From: a virus
Length of the DNA stretch: 64,000 nt
Direction: 5' to 3' (one strand)
Virus record (IMG/VR): IMGVR_UViG_3300005264_000040
Coordinates: 96,001 to 160,000 of that record
Shown: in pieces, positions 29,570 through 40,463 of the stretch
How the letters are laid out: every line of letters begins with the position of its first letter
Numbering within the stretch: the stretch's first letter is position 1
Notes under the pieces: generated by a model
The model's database searches: none
What the model was told of the DNA's origin: nothing
What the model saw: only the letters and a program-made list of their open reading frames with translations
Position numbers and translations under genes: made by a program

Positions 29570-31150
29570 ATGTATCCTGTAGATTTTGATGTTTTTAAAA
29601 AGAATTTCTTTAATCAATTGACAATGATGTATCCTAATATCAATTGGAATGACGAAACCAGTGTTGTTAAGAATCAAATTTTAAATCCTTTACTTTCAGA
29701 ATTTGAAAAGGTTTATAAAGATTACACACAGATGTTTAATAATATAGAAAATTTGATGTATAACAATAACGATTATGCTTCAGGAGAAACTTTGGATTTC
29801 ATTGCTTCTTTATATGGATTAAAAAGAAATCCTGGTTCAAAAACCCGAGGCCTTTTAAGTGTATATATTCCTTTTGAATTTTACCCTAAAATAGAGGCAG
29901 AAGGTTCTTTGATTTTTTCTGATATTATAATTAACATTGAAGGAAAACAATATATAATTCCAAAATTACCTATGACAATATCTCATTTGAATACAGGTGT
30001 TGTACATGTTGAGTTTGAAGCTTTAGAAAACGGTTCTACAATTTTAGGAATAAACAAAAAAATAAAATTTGCTTTAAACCCTGGAGGGGCATTTCAAAAT
30101 ACAATAGAAGTCAATGCCCAAATATTAGATGTGACTTCTGGTGAAGACGAAGAAACAGATGAGAATTTTAGAAAAAGAATAAACAACATAAAAAATAATA
30201 TCTATTTAGTAAACAAGCATCAACTTATAGAATATTTTAAAGCAGAAGAGGCAATAAAAGCAGTAGATTTTATAGATAATAACAATATTTGGAATTTAAA
30301 AGGTATAATTTCACAATATAAAATAGACAGTACAACAGGTGAAATTTTATCCGAATCTGAAATAGTGAAAGTACCATATGGATATGAATTAAAAATACAA
30401 GGTCCGGTTATTACAAAATCGGAAACTAAAACTTTATCTGCAATGACAGCATCTTATTCTATAGATATAACTTCACGTTCAAAAACTGTAGTTTCTTACT
30501 TGAAAAACAATATCAGTAGATATACTAATTTTATAGATCCTTTTTATGCAGCAACATTTTTAGTATCTACAGATACCACAGTGCCTGTATTAACAAATCT
30601 TAAATATGTAGAAATAGAAGGGCCATTATTATTTCCTTTGAAAGTATTAAGACTTTTTGATAATAAAGAATTAGAATATGGCAAAGATTTTATAACTGTA
30701 GTATATGAACCTGCAAATGCATTTACCAAGCTTCAAAAAACTATTTTTATATTCAGAGAATCATTACAATCAGACATTCAAATAGAATATGTATCTGCAG
30801 ATTTTAATCGAATTGAAGAACTTTTAAAAAAATTACCATTTGTTGCAAATGCTACCTTAAGTTATTTTAATCCTATAATGGTTCAATATACTTTTAATTC
30901 AGAAAACATTCCAGATTTTTCCGAATTCCAAAGACCAGATTATACATTAACTCCAGGTATAGATATACCTTCTAATTACTTAGTACTACAAACAATGGTA
31001 TCTGCAATGTTACCTACAGGAGGTATTACTCCATTTAAACCAATACCTAATACTACCACTATCTCAGACGCTTTAAACACTTTAGGTATAGTAGATTATC
31101 CTCCTTATAAGTTTTACACCGTAGGGCAGCTTCTAGGAGGCGGAGAATGA
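29570..31150 (+). CDS. Baseplate J-like wedge protein
   Basis: ASGETLDFIASLYGLKRNPG and GEDEETDENFRKRI motifs. Confidence 0.85.
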   Translation: MYPVDFDVFKKNFFNQLTMMYPNINWNDETSVVKNQILNPLLSEFEKVYKDYTQMFNNIENLMYNNNDYASGETLDFIASLYGLKRNPGSKTRGLLSVYIPFEFYPKIEAEGSLIFSDIIINIEGKQYIIPKLPMTISHLNTGVVHVEFEALENGSTILGINKKIKFALNPGGAFQNTIEVNAQILDVTSGEDEETDENFRKRINNIKNNIYLVNKHQLIEYFKAEEAIKAVDFIDNNNIWNLKGIISQYKIDSTTGEILSESEIVKVPYGYELKIQGPVITKSETKTLSAMTASYSIDITSRSKTVVSYLKNNISRYTNFIDPFYAATFLVSTDTTVPVLTNLKYVEIEGPLLFPLKVLRLFDNKELEYGKDFITVVYEPANAFTKLQKTIFIFRESLQSDIQIEYVSADFNRIEELLKKLPFVANATLSYFNPIMVQYTFNSENIPDFSEFQRPDYTLTPGIDIPSNYLVLQTMVSAMLPTGGITPFKPIPNTTTISDALNTLGIVDYPPYKFYTVGQLLGGGE

Positions 31151-31172
31151 TGTTTTTTGATGCTCACAAATT

Positions 31173-31961
31173 TTGGGAAAAGTTATGTCTTACAACATCC
31201 GAAATATAAAAGATATGACAGAAGAATTATTTGAATTTGGGATTAATGCAAATATTAAAGTTACATTACCTGTATCTTTTTCTTATAATGCCGATACTAA
31301 AGAATATATTGGCATTGAATATGATAATGGAATAATAATTGAAAATGAAGATATTTTTGAAATTACTGAAGTTGATTTGTTTTTAGATGAGGAACTAGTA
31401 CAATCTTTTACAGAAACAACTAAACTTCCAGATAATAAATTCAAGCTCAATTTTGACGTAGAAAGCTTATTTGCTGAAGAAGAAAAAGGGATGAAATATT
31501 TTACTCTATTAGCAACAGGTCTTGTCTTTAATTTTGAAGGAGTAAAATCTTTATATGATGACTTGGATTATGTAGGTGCTAAAATATTACAAATACATAA
31601 TTTTGCTTCGATAGAAGAAGTAAGAAATGCACATCCTTTAAAAAGAGAAGATATAGCGTATAGACTTGCAACTGCAGCATTTGTGTTAAAAACAGGAATG
31701 TATTTTAAAAACAATTATTTAAATCTTTTGAGTATAATAAAAGGGATGCCTTATGCGCCAATAGGCGGAAAAATACTTGGTTATAAATATAACTCTTTAT
31801 ATGGATATACAGGAGTACAAATAGAAAGCAGAAATAATAAAAAATATTGGTTCTGGTTTTCGGGTGATTTCAGAAATAATTTATGGTATAATATTGATGA
31901 TGAAATAGAGAGGGGAGACCCACTTACTAATTTAATTGATATTGAAATTGTGAGGAGTTGA
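31173..31961 (+). CDS. Putative baseplate wedge protein (start uncertain, possibly ATG 31185)
   Basis: Follows baseplate J and precedes the fibre genes. Confidence 0.5.
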   Translation: MGKVMSYNIRNIKDMTEELFEFGINANIKVTLPVSFSYNADTKEYIGIEYDNGIIIENEDIFEITEVDLFLDEELVQSFTETTKLPDNKFKLNFDVESLFAEEEKGMKYFTLLATGLVFNFEGVKSLYDDLDYVGAKILQIHNFASIEEVRNAHPLKREDIAYRLATAAFVLKTGMYFKNNYLNLLSIIKGMPYAPIGGKILGYKYNSLYGYTGVQIESRNNKKYWFWFSGDFRNNLWYNIDDEIERGDPLTNLIDIEIVRS

Positions 31962-31966
31962 GGAAT

Positions 31967-34006
31967 ATGGATTTTTTTCCTTATGCAGTTACTTCAAATT
32001 CTACATTAAATAATTTGTTTTTGAAAGCTTATAAATATATAATGGTTCCAGCTAATTATAACGCAATAACTTCTGTTTCAGAAGTTTCTTCTTATATAGA
32101 TAAGATTTTTGATCAGAAACTTATAGTGTATAAAAATACTGAAACGCTTGATAATAAAGAAAAATTTTATAAATTTTTAGAAGAAAGTCTAGACTTGAAT
32201 ATAACTACTCTTACAACAAATTATAATATCAACAATGATACAAATATAACGGAAAATGAATATATAAACACTTTTATGAACACAGAAGAAAATAAAACTG
32301 TGTTAGGTATTTTAAGTTTAGTGTTATCAGAAGTTTCAATGTATCCGTGGTCTTATTATTCAAAAGTGGGAACAGTTTTGCTTTCGACTTATACAAATGT
32401 ATTCCCACCCAATTCCGACAATAAACATATTCAATATTTTAATAGTATGGAAGAACCTTCATGGACTGTGTTTAGTGATTTTATAAGAATTGCAGGAAGG
32501 TATATATGGAAAGAAGATACAAATGCAAATCCTGATGTTTCTGAAATAGAAGATTTTTTGAGTATTTTTGACATTTCATATACAAATAATATGATGAATG
32601 ATACTTATGAGGATGAAGGAGTATTAAATATTCTTGAGAATGCTTTGGATATCAGCAATAAAGAAATAATAGGGTTTATAATAGGTTGGAACTGGTTTTA
32701 TATGTATATATGGTGGCAGGGTTTAACTGCAATTGCAACTGCATACGGAAAAAGTCTTAACTCAACCGATAATGTGGAATTTGTATTTGACAAATGGAAA
32801 GAAATGATATTGGATGAAAAAAAATTAATAACAGTGTTTAAAAACAATTCCGAACTTCAAAATTATGTATATGTAGGAGGTTTTTTGCATAACTATGTTT
32901 TTAAAAGATTCGGAAAAATATACAAATTATACAAAAAATATTTTGATGAAAATGTAGAAGCTGAAATATTTGATAGATATCAAATAGATCAACTATATCA
33001 AGAAGGCTCTGATTTTAATGATATTTATATGGTTTTATCCTCTTTTAGAAGTGATATAAATAATTTCGTGGATTATTTTAGAACTTTAAGAACTTCTACT
33101 AATGTATTCTTAACAGAAAAATTAGGTGGATTGACAATAGATGACTATGCTGATTTTGTGCATGAACATCCAGAATATATGACAGCGCAAGATATAGCTC
33201 AAAATGCGTTATATCTTGTAGAAACTGATTCTGAAGGAAACATAAAGAAAATCTATACAAATACAGATTTTGCTTCTAAAAACCATACTCATACAGAATT
33301 TTATACAAAAAGTGATACAGTTGCTGATACTGAATATTTAATAGAGACAAAACAAGTAGAACAAAATGGTCAATTAGTTGATATATATGTACCACATTCA
33401 ATGTCAGAATTAGCTTTAGCTACACATACTCATCCTTATTTGCCAAAAGGGCAAGCAGCTTCAGGAACTTATGGTTTAATTATAGGGGATAAAATATATA
33501 GAGCAGAAGATTTCGCTTTATCAGATCACAGTCACCCTGAACTATTAAGGAAAGATCAGCCTGCAAAAGCTTCTTTGCGATTGAATGGTGTCCCTACTGA
33601 TAAATTCGCATTTTCAAATCACAACCATGATGATTTGTATTATACTAAAACAGAAGCATTAAATAATTTTTATGCTAAAAACACAACAATAAATAATTCA
33701 AATTACATTGCAGAAAATGCTGAAGGTATGAAAGGTGATTTTTATATCAACGATACATATCAAAAAGCAGAAAAAGTAAAATTTTTGTTTGGGACAGCAG
33801 CTTTAGCTGCAGGAGGCATAAATGAAATCAAAGTACCTAATCCTTTATTTTGTATCGTAAGTTTAGCCACTTCCAGTATAAGTACTACTTATCCTTCGTA
33901 TATGGTAGATAAATTTAATAATAAAATAGTACTCATGGAAGTAAGCGGAGTATCTCCAGTTGTTGTTAATTATTTGGTAGGATATATTCCAGAAGAAGAG
34001 GTGTAG
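31967..34006 (+). CDS. Tail fibre/baseplate protein with four H-x-H repeats in the C-terminal half
   Basis: NHTH, THTH, DHSH, NHNH units. ATG 31967 follows GAGGAG. Confidence 0.7.
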   Translation: MDFFPYAVTSNSTLNNLFLKAYKYIMVPANYNAITSVSEVSSYIDKIFDQKLIVYKNTETLDNKEKFYKFLEESLDLNITTLTTNYNINNDTNITENEYINTFMNTEENKTVLGILSLVLSEVSMYPWSYYSKVGTVLLSTYTNVFPPNSDNKHIQYFNSMEEPSWTVFSDFIRIAGRYIWKEDTNANPDVSEIEDFLSIFDISYTNNMMNDTYEDEGVLNILENALDISNKEIIGFIIGWNWFYMYIWWQGLTAIATAYGKSLNSTDNVEFVFDKWKEMILDEKKLITVFKNNSELQNYVYVGGFLHNYVFKRFGKIYKLYKKYFDENVEAEIFDRYQIDQLYQEGSDFNDIYMVLSSFRSDINNFVDYFRTLRTSTNVFLTEKLGGLTIDDYADFVHEHPEYMTAQDIAQNALYLVETDSEGNIKKIYTNTDFASKNHTHTEFYTKSDTVADTEYLIETKQVEQNGQLVDIYVPHSMSELALATHTHPYLPKGQAASGTYGLIIGDKIYRAEDFALSDHSHPELLRKDQPAKASLRLNGVPTDKFAFSNHNHDDLYYTKTEALNNFYAKNTTINNSNYIAENAEGMKGDFYINDTYQKAEKVKFLFGTAALAAGGINEIKVPNPLFCIVSLATSSISTTYPSYMVDKFNNKIVLMEVSGVSPVVVNYLVGYIPEEEV

Positions 34007-34010
34007 TTTT

Positions 34011-35240
34011 ATGATTTCTGAACCATTATCTGTAATAACAAGATTTTTCGTGAGATTTAAAAACAAATATATTTTAAAAACCATACCTTTTATTATAAAA
34101 AAAGCAAATTCTGTGTTTAAGACAGATAAAACGTTAGCTTCAAAACAGCATACTCATTCTCAATATATAAAAAAAGATTCGATTATAGAAAAAACAAAAG
34201 CAATACAAGATGAAGCCGAAAATACTTTTTCAAAAAAAAATCATGTTCATGAAGAGTATATATTAAAAGATACAGATAATGAAATCGCTTTTGATTCTTT
34301 TAAATTAAACGGGTTAGGGGCCAGTCAATATTCTTTAAAAAATCATTTTCATATGGAATATTCTACATATTTAACTAATCCTAATTTTAATAATTTGAAG
34401 ATTTTTGACAATTCTTTATTTTTAATAAATGCAGAACACAATTATATTTCTCCTTCTTTATTATCTTTAAAACAACATACTCATGAAGGATATTTAAGGA
34501 TAGGGGAACAAGCTATGTATACTAATGCTCTTTCTGTATATATGAACGGAGAAGAACTTTTTACTTCACCTTATGGCTTGAATATTGTTTTAGAAGAACA
34601 TAACCATGATGACCGGTATTTAAATAAAGAAAATACAAATACTATAGTAAAAAAAAGTGATGTTGTGCCTAAAAGTATGAAAATTAATGGACTTAAAATA
34701 ACATTGTTTAAAATAAAATATCCTTCTAATGATTTGAAGAAGTCCTTTACAGTTAATTTTTATCAACAATATTTATTTACAAGATTAAAAACAACTTATG
34801 CAGATTATGTTGGAAAAATTTCTAAAAGAGTTTATTATCATTTGTACCCTCACCACAAATCTATTAATATTGTTGCAGGGGCTTCTAAAGGTTCTCCTGC
34901 ATTATATGATTTGTATGATGATTTTAGTAATTATTGTGCGCCATCAGTAAAATTTGTAAAACCTAATAGTTTTGATAGCACTTCTGTAGTAATGGCTTTA
35001 GCAGTAATGGGACAAGAAAGCACTGCAACAAGTGCTGTTGGTATGTTTAATGAAATGAAAAATAATAGTGGGTATTTTAAAACTACAGAAGATTTTAAAT
35101 ATGCAAATATTCCTGCCTATAAAAGTATGTTGTTTCACAAGTGGTTAGGAGGGCCTGTATATCAGGGTATTATTGATAATCATTATATAAAAATGAATAC
35201 TGGATCAACTTCTAGTATTTTAATGCTTTTATCTGTATAA
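34011..35240 (+). CDS. Tail fibre with five H-x-H repeats
   Basis: QHTH, NHVH, NHFH, QHTH, EHNH. Confidence 0.7.
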   Translation: MISEPLSVITRFFVRFKNKYILKTIPFIIKKANSVFKTDKTLASKQHTHSQYIKKDSIIEKTKAIQDEAENTFSKKNHVHEEYILKDTDNEIAFDSFKLNGLGASQYSLKNHFHMEYSTYLTNPNFNNLKIFDNSLFLINAEHNYISPSLLSLKQHTHEGYLRIGEQAMYTNALSVYMNGEELFTSPYGLNIVLEEHNHDDRYLNKENTNTIVKKSDVVPKSMKINGLKITLFKIKYPSNDLKKSFTVNFYQQYLFTRLKTTYADYVGKISKRVYYHLYPHHKSINIVAGASKGSPALYDLYDDFSNYCAPSVKFVKPNSFDSTSVVMALAVMGQESTATSAVGMFNEMKNNSGYFKTTEDFKYANIPAYKSMLFHKWLGGPVYQGIIDNHYIKMNTGSTSSILMLLSV

Positions 35241-35248
35241 AAAGGGGA

Positions 35249-37201
35249 GTGCGTGATGTGAATATCATAAAAATTATTACTAATTTTTTTAAGAAAAGTC
35301 CATTACTGTCAAAAAAACACACAATACCGAAAACACAAAATGTCTCTGCTATTTACAAAACTTCCAGTATATTTTTAAATACTTTGCCCTTAGAAAGTCA
35401 TATACATTTGCAATATGTACCAAAACAAAGTATAGTAAAATACACTTTGCAACTTAACAAAAATAAAACTGACAATTTTTCAAAACGAGAACATTCTCAT
35501 TTAGAATATTTAGAAAAACCTACTACGCAAGTAGAAGATTTTTCAAATAGTATAGCATCAGATTCTTTTAAAATAAATAATTACGCAGCATCAATATTTG
35601 TAGATAAAACACATAATCATGATGCTCAATATCAAAAATACATACAAACTCCTTATAGCGATAAAGTTGTTGAAAACGCAAGTTTGTTTTATTCTTTAAA
35701 TAATACAGTAGTTTTCTTAGCTTCCCAAAATCATTCCCACGGAACTGAGTATGTCAAAAAAGGTGAAAGAGCAAATTCTACAAATGCTCTTTATAGTGTA
35801 AAAGAAGATGACGAATTGTCTTTTGAACAAATGTCCCTCAAAGACCACAACCACAATGCTACATATTATACAAAAAGTGGAGCTGAAAGTACTTTTGTTG
35901 AGAAAGAAGACACTGTAAAAAAAAGCAAAAAAATTCAATCTTTAGGAGTTACATTTGTAAAAAGTGTATATAATCCCAGTAAAAACTATAAATTCAATCT
36001 AACTTTAACGGGAATAAGTATAGAGAATCAATTTGCTATTAATGACACTTCAGATGTTTATACAACTATATTTAGCAATTACGCTTCTCATTGTTATATT
36101 TCAAGTTGGAATGGAGTTAGTGGAGCTTCTTATAGTGCTTCAGATGTAAAAGACACAGCTCCTAAATATATAAAGTATCAAGCTTCATCTGACAAAATAG
36201 AAAAAATGATGAATCTATTAAAGTTACGATATGTCAAGACCACGCGAGAATATAAACATTCTTCAGGGGCAACAATGTTATACAAGACACAAGATCCAAC
36301 AAGTGCAGGGACTACTTTTTATTCTCGTTATTTTTTAGCTAACCCTTCATATAAGCAACCTTCGATATACGAAGCTGGTTATTTTGTATATAAAGTAGCC
36401 AGTTCCAAGGATTCTAGTTTAATGGGAAAAACTGTAGGCTTTACTTTAAATTTATTGGATTTTATTTGGAATATTTCTGTAAATATTATAAATTCTATGT
36501 TTGCAACATATAATTCTTTTTTAGACAAAGTAGCTAGCGTAAGATTACCAGGAATTCCTTCGCTCAAATGGTGTAGTATAACAATAGCATTTGTTACTTT
36601 CTCCTATCCATGCGGTCTTAAGGCTAATTGGTGGTATCCTTTTGAATTTGTAAAAAATTTCAAAGTAAAATATATGCAGAAATTTATGTATTCTTACGGT
36701 TCAGGAGAAGATTATATTATTTTCAAACAAGTTGATGGTAGTGACATTCCTTTAAGTGGTTATGCTGATTCAAAACCAGGTTTATTGGATAAGTTTTTAT
36801 TTTTATTAATAGATGAACCTATTTATAAATATGCAGTAGTAGATAATGCATATAATATTGTCCCTACTACAAAAGTAAAAATTAATTCAACTTCAACCAA
36901 TTTAGAAAAAACAGCTTTTGCTTTTTCTTCCCCAGGAATAGAGAGTGAAATTTCAGATTTAGTATATACCCTTAAACAATTTAAAATACCTCAGGTTACA
37001 CCACAGGCACAATGGGGCGTTATTATTTCAGCAAATTCTTCAGATTCAGAAGCGAAAAAATTCTATGCTAATACTTATTCTTTTATACATATGGGTATGC
37101 TGGGGTTTGGTTTTCAACGTGCATTTATTAATAATAATAAAACCGAAATAACAATAAGAACTGGAGGACATCCTTTTGTTTGTTCTTTCTTCCATTTTTA
37201 A
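35249..37201 (+). CDS. Tail fibre with five H-x-H repeats and a large C-terminal domain
   Basis: SHIH, EHSH, THNH, NHSH, DHNH. Confidence 0.7.
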   Translation: MRDVNIIKIITNFFKKSPLLSKKHTIPKTQNVSAIYKTSSIFLNTLPLESHIHLQYVPKQSIVKYTLQLNKNKTDNFSKREHSHLEYLEKPTTQVEDFSNSIASDSFKINNYAASIFVDKTHNHDAQYQKYIQTPYSDKVVENASLFYSLNNTVVFLASQNHSHGTEYVKKGERANSTNALYSVKEDDELSFEQMSLKDHNHNATYYTKSGAESTFVEKEDTVKKSKKIQSLGVTFVKSVYNPSKNYKFNLTLTGISIENQFAINDTSDVYTTIFSNYASHCYISSWNGVSGASYSASDVKDTAPKYIKYQASSDKIEKMMNLLKLRYVKTTREYKHSSGATMLYKTQDPTSAGTTFYSRYFLANPSYKQPSIYEAGYFVYKVASSKDSSLMGKTVGFTLNLLDFIWNISVNIINSMFATYNSFLDKVASVRLPGIPSLKWCSITIAFVTFSYPCGLKANWWYPFEFVKNFKVKYMQKFMYSYGSGEDYIIFKQVDGSDIPLSGYADSKPGLLDKFLFLLIDEPIYKYAVVDNAYNIVPTTKVKINSTSTNLEKTAFAFSSPGIESEISDLVYTLKQFKIPQVTPQAQWGVIISANSSDSEAKKFYANTYSFIHMGMLGFGFQRAFINNNKTEITIRTGGHPFVCSFFHF

Positions 37202-37221
37202 TAGAAAGGAGATTTGAAGTT

Positions 37222-38409
37222 ATGAAAAAACAAACAGTTATATTTTTGAATAAAATGAAGTCTATCATGTATAGAGCTTTCAGAAGTTTAAAAAATATTT
37301 ATAACATAGAAATCACTCAACTTCAAGAAATTCCTAAAGATGAATCAAGGGAATTTACAACTATTTACAAATCAGAGGATGCTGAAAAACTTAATGGTAC
37401 TCCTTACACAGAATTTGCCTTAAAAAATCATAATCATGATGATTTATACTATAAGAAAACAGATACAGTACAATATGCTAAATATTTGATAGACGAAAAT
37501 GGGAATCCTATATCACCAACTTCTCTTGCTCCTGTTAATCATATTCACAATGAATATTATAAAAAAGGGGAAAAAGTAAAATTTTCTTTCAGATTAGGCG
37601 GGAAAAAGTTTGAAGATTATGCAACTGCAAGCCACGAACATGAAGGATATGTAGGAATGCAAGAAATAGTTGATGCTACTTATAAACTTGGAGGACAACC
37701 AGGAACAGATTTTGCATTAGCTGAACATTCTCATGCAGATATATATCATTCTGTAGATGACACGGTTATGGATGCTGCTGTTCTTGTAGATGCAACAGGG
37801 AAGAAATATACTGCAGATTTGTTAGCAAAGAAAGATCATGAGCATGATGATTTATATTATAGAAAAGAAGAATTTGACAAAATATTTTTGAAGAAAGGAA
37901 TGCCATTTGGATTCACAGAAAAAGTTAAAGTGACAGTATATGATGTAGATGTTTCTTCAGCATCTATACAATTAGAATCAGGTTCTTATGGAACAGATTC
38001 TTTGTCACATACATTTTTACAAATACCATCTTTTGCTCCATATGTAAGGCCAGAAGCAACTGCTGTGACATCTTCTGTTTCTGGTCCTCACACTTATGAT
38101 GCGAAAGTTATGTATCTAAAAATGTCTGTCACAGTAGGTAGTTATTCTAGTATTAATCTTCCTTCTTATGTATCTAAAATAGTAGGAATAATTGGTTCAA
38201 GACAAGGAGTTAATGTAGGTTCTAATAATATTACCGGGTTCCAAAATATAGATACAGGTTATACTCCAACTTCAGGAGGATATCAAGCACCTTTATTTAT
38301 TACATGGACAAATGTTTCTAACCCTAAAAAAGTATTAGTATATGCATATCCTTTTGGTTTAGATTCAGGTGGTGCATCCTTGGTAGATTTAATTATATTT
38401 TATATATAA
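37222..38409 (+). CDS. Tail fibre with five H-x-H repeats
   Basis: NHNH, NHIH, SHEH, EHSH, DHEH. ATG 37222 follows AAAGGAG. Confidence 0.7.
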   Translation: MKKQTVIFLNKMKSIMYRAFRSLKNIYNIEITQLQEIPKDESREFTTIYKSEDAEKLNGTPYTEFALKNHNHDDLYYKKTDTVQYAKYLIDENGNPISPTSLAPVNHIHNEYYKKGEKVKFSFRLGGKKFEDYATASHEHEGYVGMQEIVDATYKLGGQPGTDFALAEHSHADIYHSVDDTVMDAAVLVDATGKKYTADLLAKKDHEHDDLYYRKEEFDKIFLKKGMPFGFTEKVKVTVYDVDVSSASIQLESGSYGTDSLSHTFLQIPSFAPYVRPEATAVTSSVSGPHTYDAKVMYLKMSVTVGSYSSINLPSYVSKIVGIIGSRQGVNVGSNNITGFQNIDTGYTPTSGGYQAPLFITWTNVSNPKKVLVYAYPFGLDSGGASLVDLIIFYI

Positions 38410-38410
38410 A

Positions 38411-38439
38411 GTCTCCCTTACAAAGGGAGACCTTTTTTT
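38411..38439 (+). terminator. Intrinsic terminator at the convergent junction
   Basis: GTCTCCCTT/AAGGGAGAC stem plus T-tract. Confidence 0.8.
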
Positions 38440-38825
38440 AATCTATTACAATATCTAAATAAAGAGGCTTCTGCTATATTTGAAGTTAAAAATAATGTTT
38501 CTTCAAAAGCTCCATTAATTTTATTTAATATATTATCCTTATCTTCTATGTAATAGTCATCTCCAAAACTCTTTATATACTTTTCGTTTAATAAATCTAA
38601 AAATATCTTTTTTAAATCCGATTCGTATTTATCTATATCTTTATCTATTTTTTTTAATAATAATTCTTTTTCTTTTGCCGATAATTTAAAATGTTTTAAT
38701 TCATAAGTACTTCTTTCTAAAAGAATTCTTTTTATTATAGGTAATAAAATATCAATTCTTAATTTTCTATACGGGGTAGAAGAAAAACGAATAATATTTT
38801 TTCCAGCAAAAACTTGTTTCATCAT
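38418..38825 (-). CDS. Hypothetical protein
   Basis: 135 aa with GGAGGTG SD. Confidence 0.7.
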   Translation of the reverse strand: MMKQVFAGKNIIRFSSTPYRKLRIDILLPIIKRILLERSTYELKHFKLSAKEKELLLKKIDKDIDKYESDLKKIFLDLLNEKYIKSFGDDYYIEDKDNILNKINGAFEETLFLTSNIAEASLFRYCNRLKKGLPL

Positions 38826-38849
38826 ATTTAAAAGTCACCTCCATTAAAA

Positions 38850-38890
38850 TAAAACATCCCGATAAGCTGGCAGGTACTTATCGGGATGTT
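38850..38890 (-). terminator. Intrinsic terminator
   Basis: 14-bp stem AACATCCCGATAAG/CTTATCGGGATGTT plus T-tract on minus. Confidence 0.7.
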
Positions 38891-38934
38891 CTCACAAGAA
38901 AGGAGTGAATTAGGGGATAGGAAAAAGGCACATG

Positions 38935-39258
38935 CTATCTTCTAATTCCGTCACTGTTTTTGTCATTAACTTTTATATAAGGTACTCTATCTCTCATTTT
39001 ATCTTTTTGACTTTTACCTTTATTTCTTATAAACAAAGGTTTTTCAGTTGAATAGTTTTGGAAAGCGTGTGGTTGTACAATTGTTTTCTTTACAACATTC
39101 CCGAACCCAGGAGATGGTTTATCTTTGCCAGCTAATAAAGCTTCTGGTTTTTTCTTATCGTATGTTTGGCCATAATCATCGTTTAATTCTTCAGCTATTT
39201 TCATTAAAGGTGATTTTCTAGGAACAACCTTGCTAATTGCACTTGCTAATTTTTTCAT
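38935..39258 (-). CDS. Small basic protein with KLAS/KIAE motifs
   Basis: GGAGGTG SD and TGATATAAT at 39291..39299. Confidence 0.7.
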   Translation of the reverse strand: MKKLASAISKVVPRKSPLMKIAEELNDDYGQTYDKKKPEALLAGKDKPSPGFGNVVKKTIVQPHAFQNYSTEKPLFIRNKGKSQKDKMRDRVPYIKVNDKNSDGIRR

Positions 39259-39317
39259 ATGTTGAACACCTCCATATTTTCTTTAATATTATTATATCAT
39301 AAAAAAGTATAAATCTG

Positions 39318-40445
39318 CTAACGTTTTTTTGCTATTTTTAAAATCATACTTCTTGTATTATCATCAAGCGATTTAAACTTATCAAGAGTTAGCCTCTCGA
39401 CAAATTCATCTCCCATAAGGTTATTTAATGCAGCTTTCTTTTTCATAATTGCATCTCTATTTTCGTAATAAGCTCTTTCGATTGGATCAAATTGCCCTTC
39501 ATACATTCCATATACAACAGTTTCAGGATCTTTTATCATTTCTTTAGCATAGAATGGGTCTAATCCGAACTGTTGGTCAAGACTTGCTATTTTTACGACA
39601 ACATCTTCTGGATGTACTAAATTTCTATTATATACATCTTGGATTACACTTTCATATGCTTTCCATCTTTCTGGCTCAACAAAATCTTTTCTATCCATAA
39701 GATTTCTTTCAAAAGACGGACTAATTCTGTTTAAGTCAGAAGCATATTTTCTTAAAGGATTATCTTCAGAAATTTCAATACCATATTGAGATGCTTTTTG
39801 TTTTATTTTCCTTGCTAATTGAGAACGATATTGTGGTGGTATTTTATTACTGAACTGGGAAAATCTTACAATAGCGTTCCTAACATGAGCTTCGTCATTC
39901 AATGGGTATTTTCTTATTTTTGTTCCGTCTTTCTTTTTTATTACTAATCCGAATTCAGAATCTGGCAAAGCATTTCTTTGGTCTGTATTTAATACAGAAG
40001 CTGTCTTTTTGAAAGGTTCTAAATCCTCTTTTGTCAAATCTACAATAGGAGTTTCTAAAGGTGTTTCCTTTGCGTATTTATTAAAAAAACTTTTTATTAC
40101 TTTTGTGTTTTTATATACATTAGAAGCATATTTTTTCAAAGCCCAACCTAATCTTAAAGCAGCTGATTTTATGAAATCTTTTGGTAATTTTTCATAAGTA
40201 TTTTCAAAATAAAATGCAGATAATGATGCTGTATCAGCGTCATAAATAGGGAATCTTCCTACTACAGCTCCTTTCTCATCCATAAAGCCTATTGCGAAAT
40301 CATTAATATCATGTTTTTCTACTTCGGATAAAGGTGGAACGTAAGAAGCTGTCTTCTCTAAACTATTTACTCCTAATGCTGATTTTAATAATGTCAAACC
40401 TGGGTCATCATATTGATCTAAAATTAAGTTTGCTAATTTATACAT
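39318..40445 (-). CDS. Putative head-associated protein with a DUF6582-like domain and many K-x-A-S motifs
   Basis: LNTDQRNALPDSEFGL..RKYPLNDEAHVRNAIVRF resembles the DUF6582 pattern as recalled. Confidence 0.6.
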   Translation of the reverse strand: MYKLANLILDQYDDPGLTLLKSALGVNSLEKTASYVPPLSEVEKHDINDFAIGFMDEKGAVVGRFPIYDADTASLSAFYFENTYEKLPKDFIKSAALRLGWALKKYASNVYKNTKVIKSFFNKYAKETPLETPIVDLTKEDLEPFKKTASVLNTDQRNALPDSEFGLVIKKKDGTKIRKYPLNDEAHVRNAIVRFSQFSNKIPPQYRSQLARKIKQKASQYGIEISEDNPLRKYASDLNRISPSFERNLMDRKDFVEPERWKAYESVIQDVYNRNLVHPEDVVVKIASLDQQFGLDPFYAKEMIKDPETVVYGMYEGQFDPIERAYYENRDAIMKKKAALNNLMGDEFVERLTLDKFKSLDDNTRSMILKIAKKR

Positions 40446-40463
40446 AATATGTCAAACCTCCTC

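Noticed and set aside
31147-31209. ATGA-coupled mini-ORF (MMFFDAHKFWEKLCLTTSEI) that could join 31173..31961 via a -1 shift
   Set aside because: No canonical X XXY YYZ slippery heptamer in the right frame, and an ordinary start at ATG 31185 explains the gene. Worth only a read-level check.
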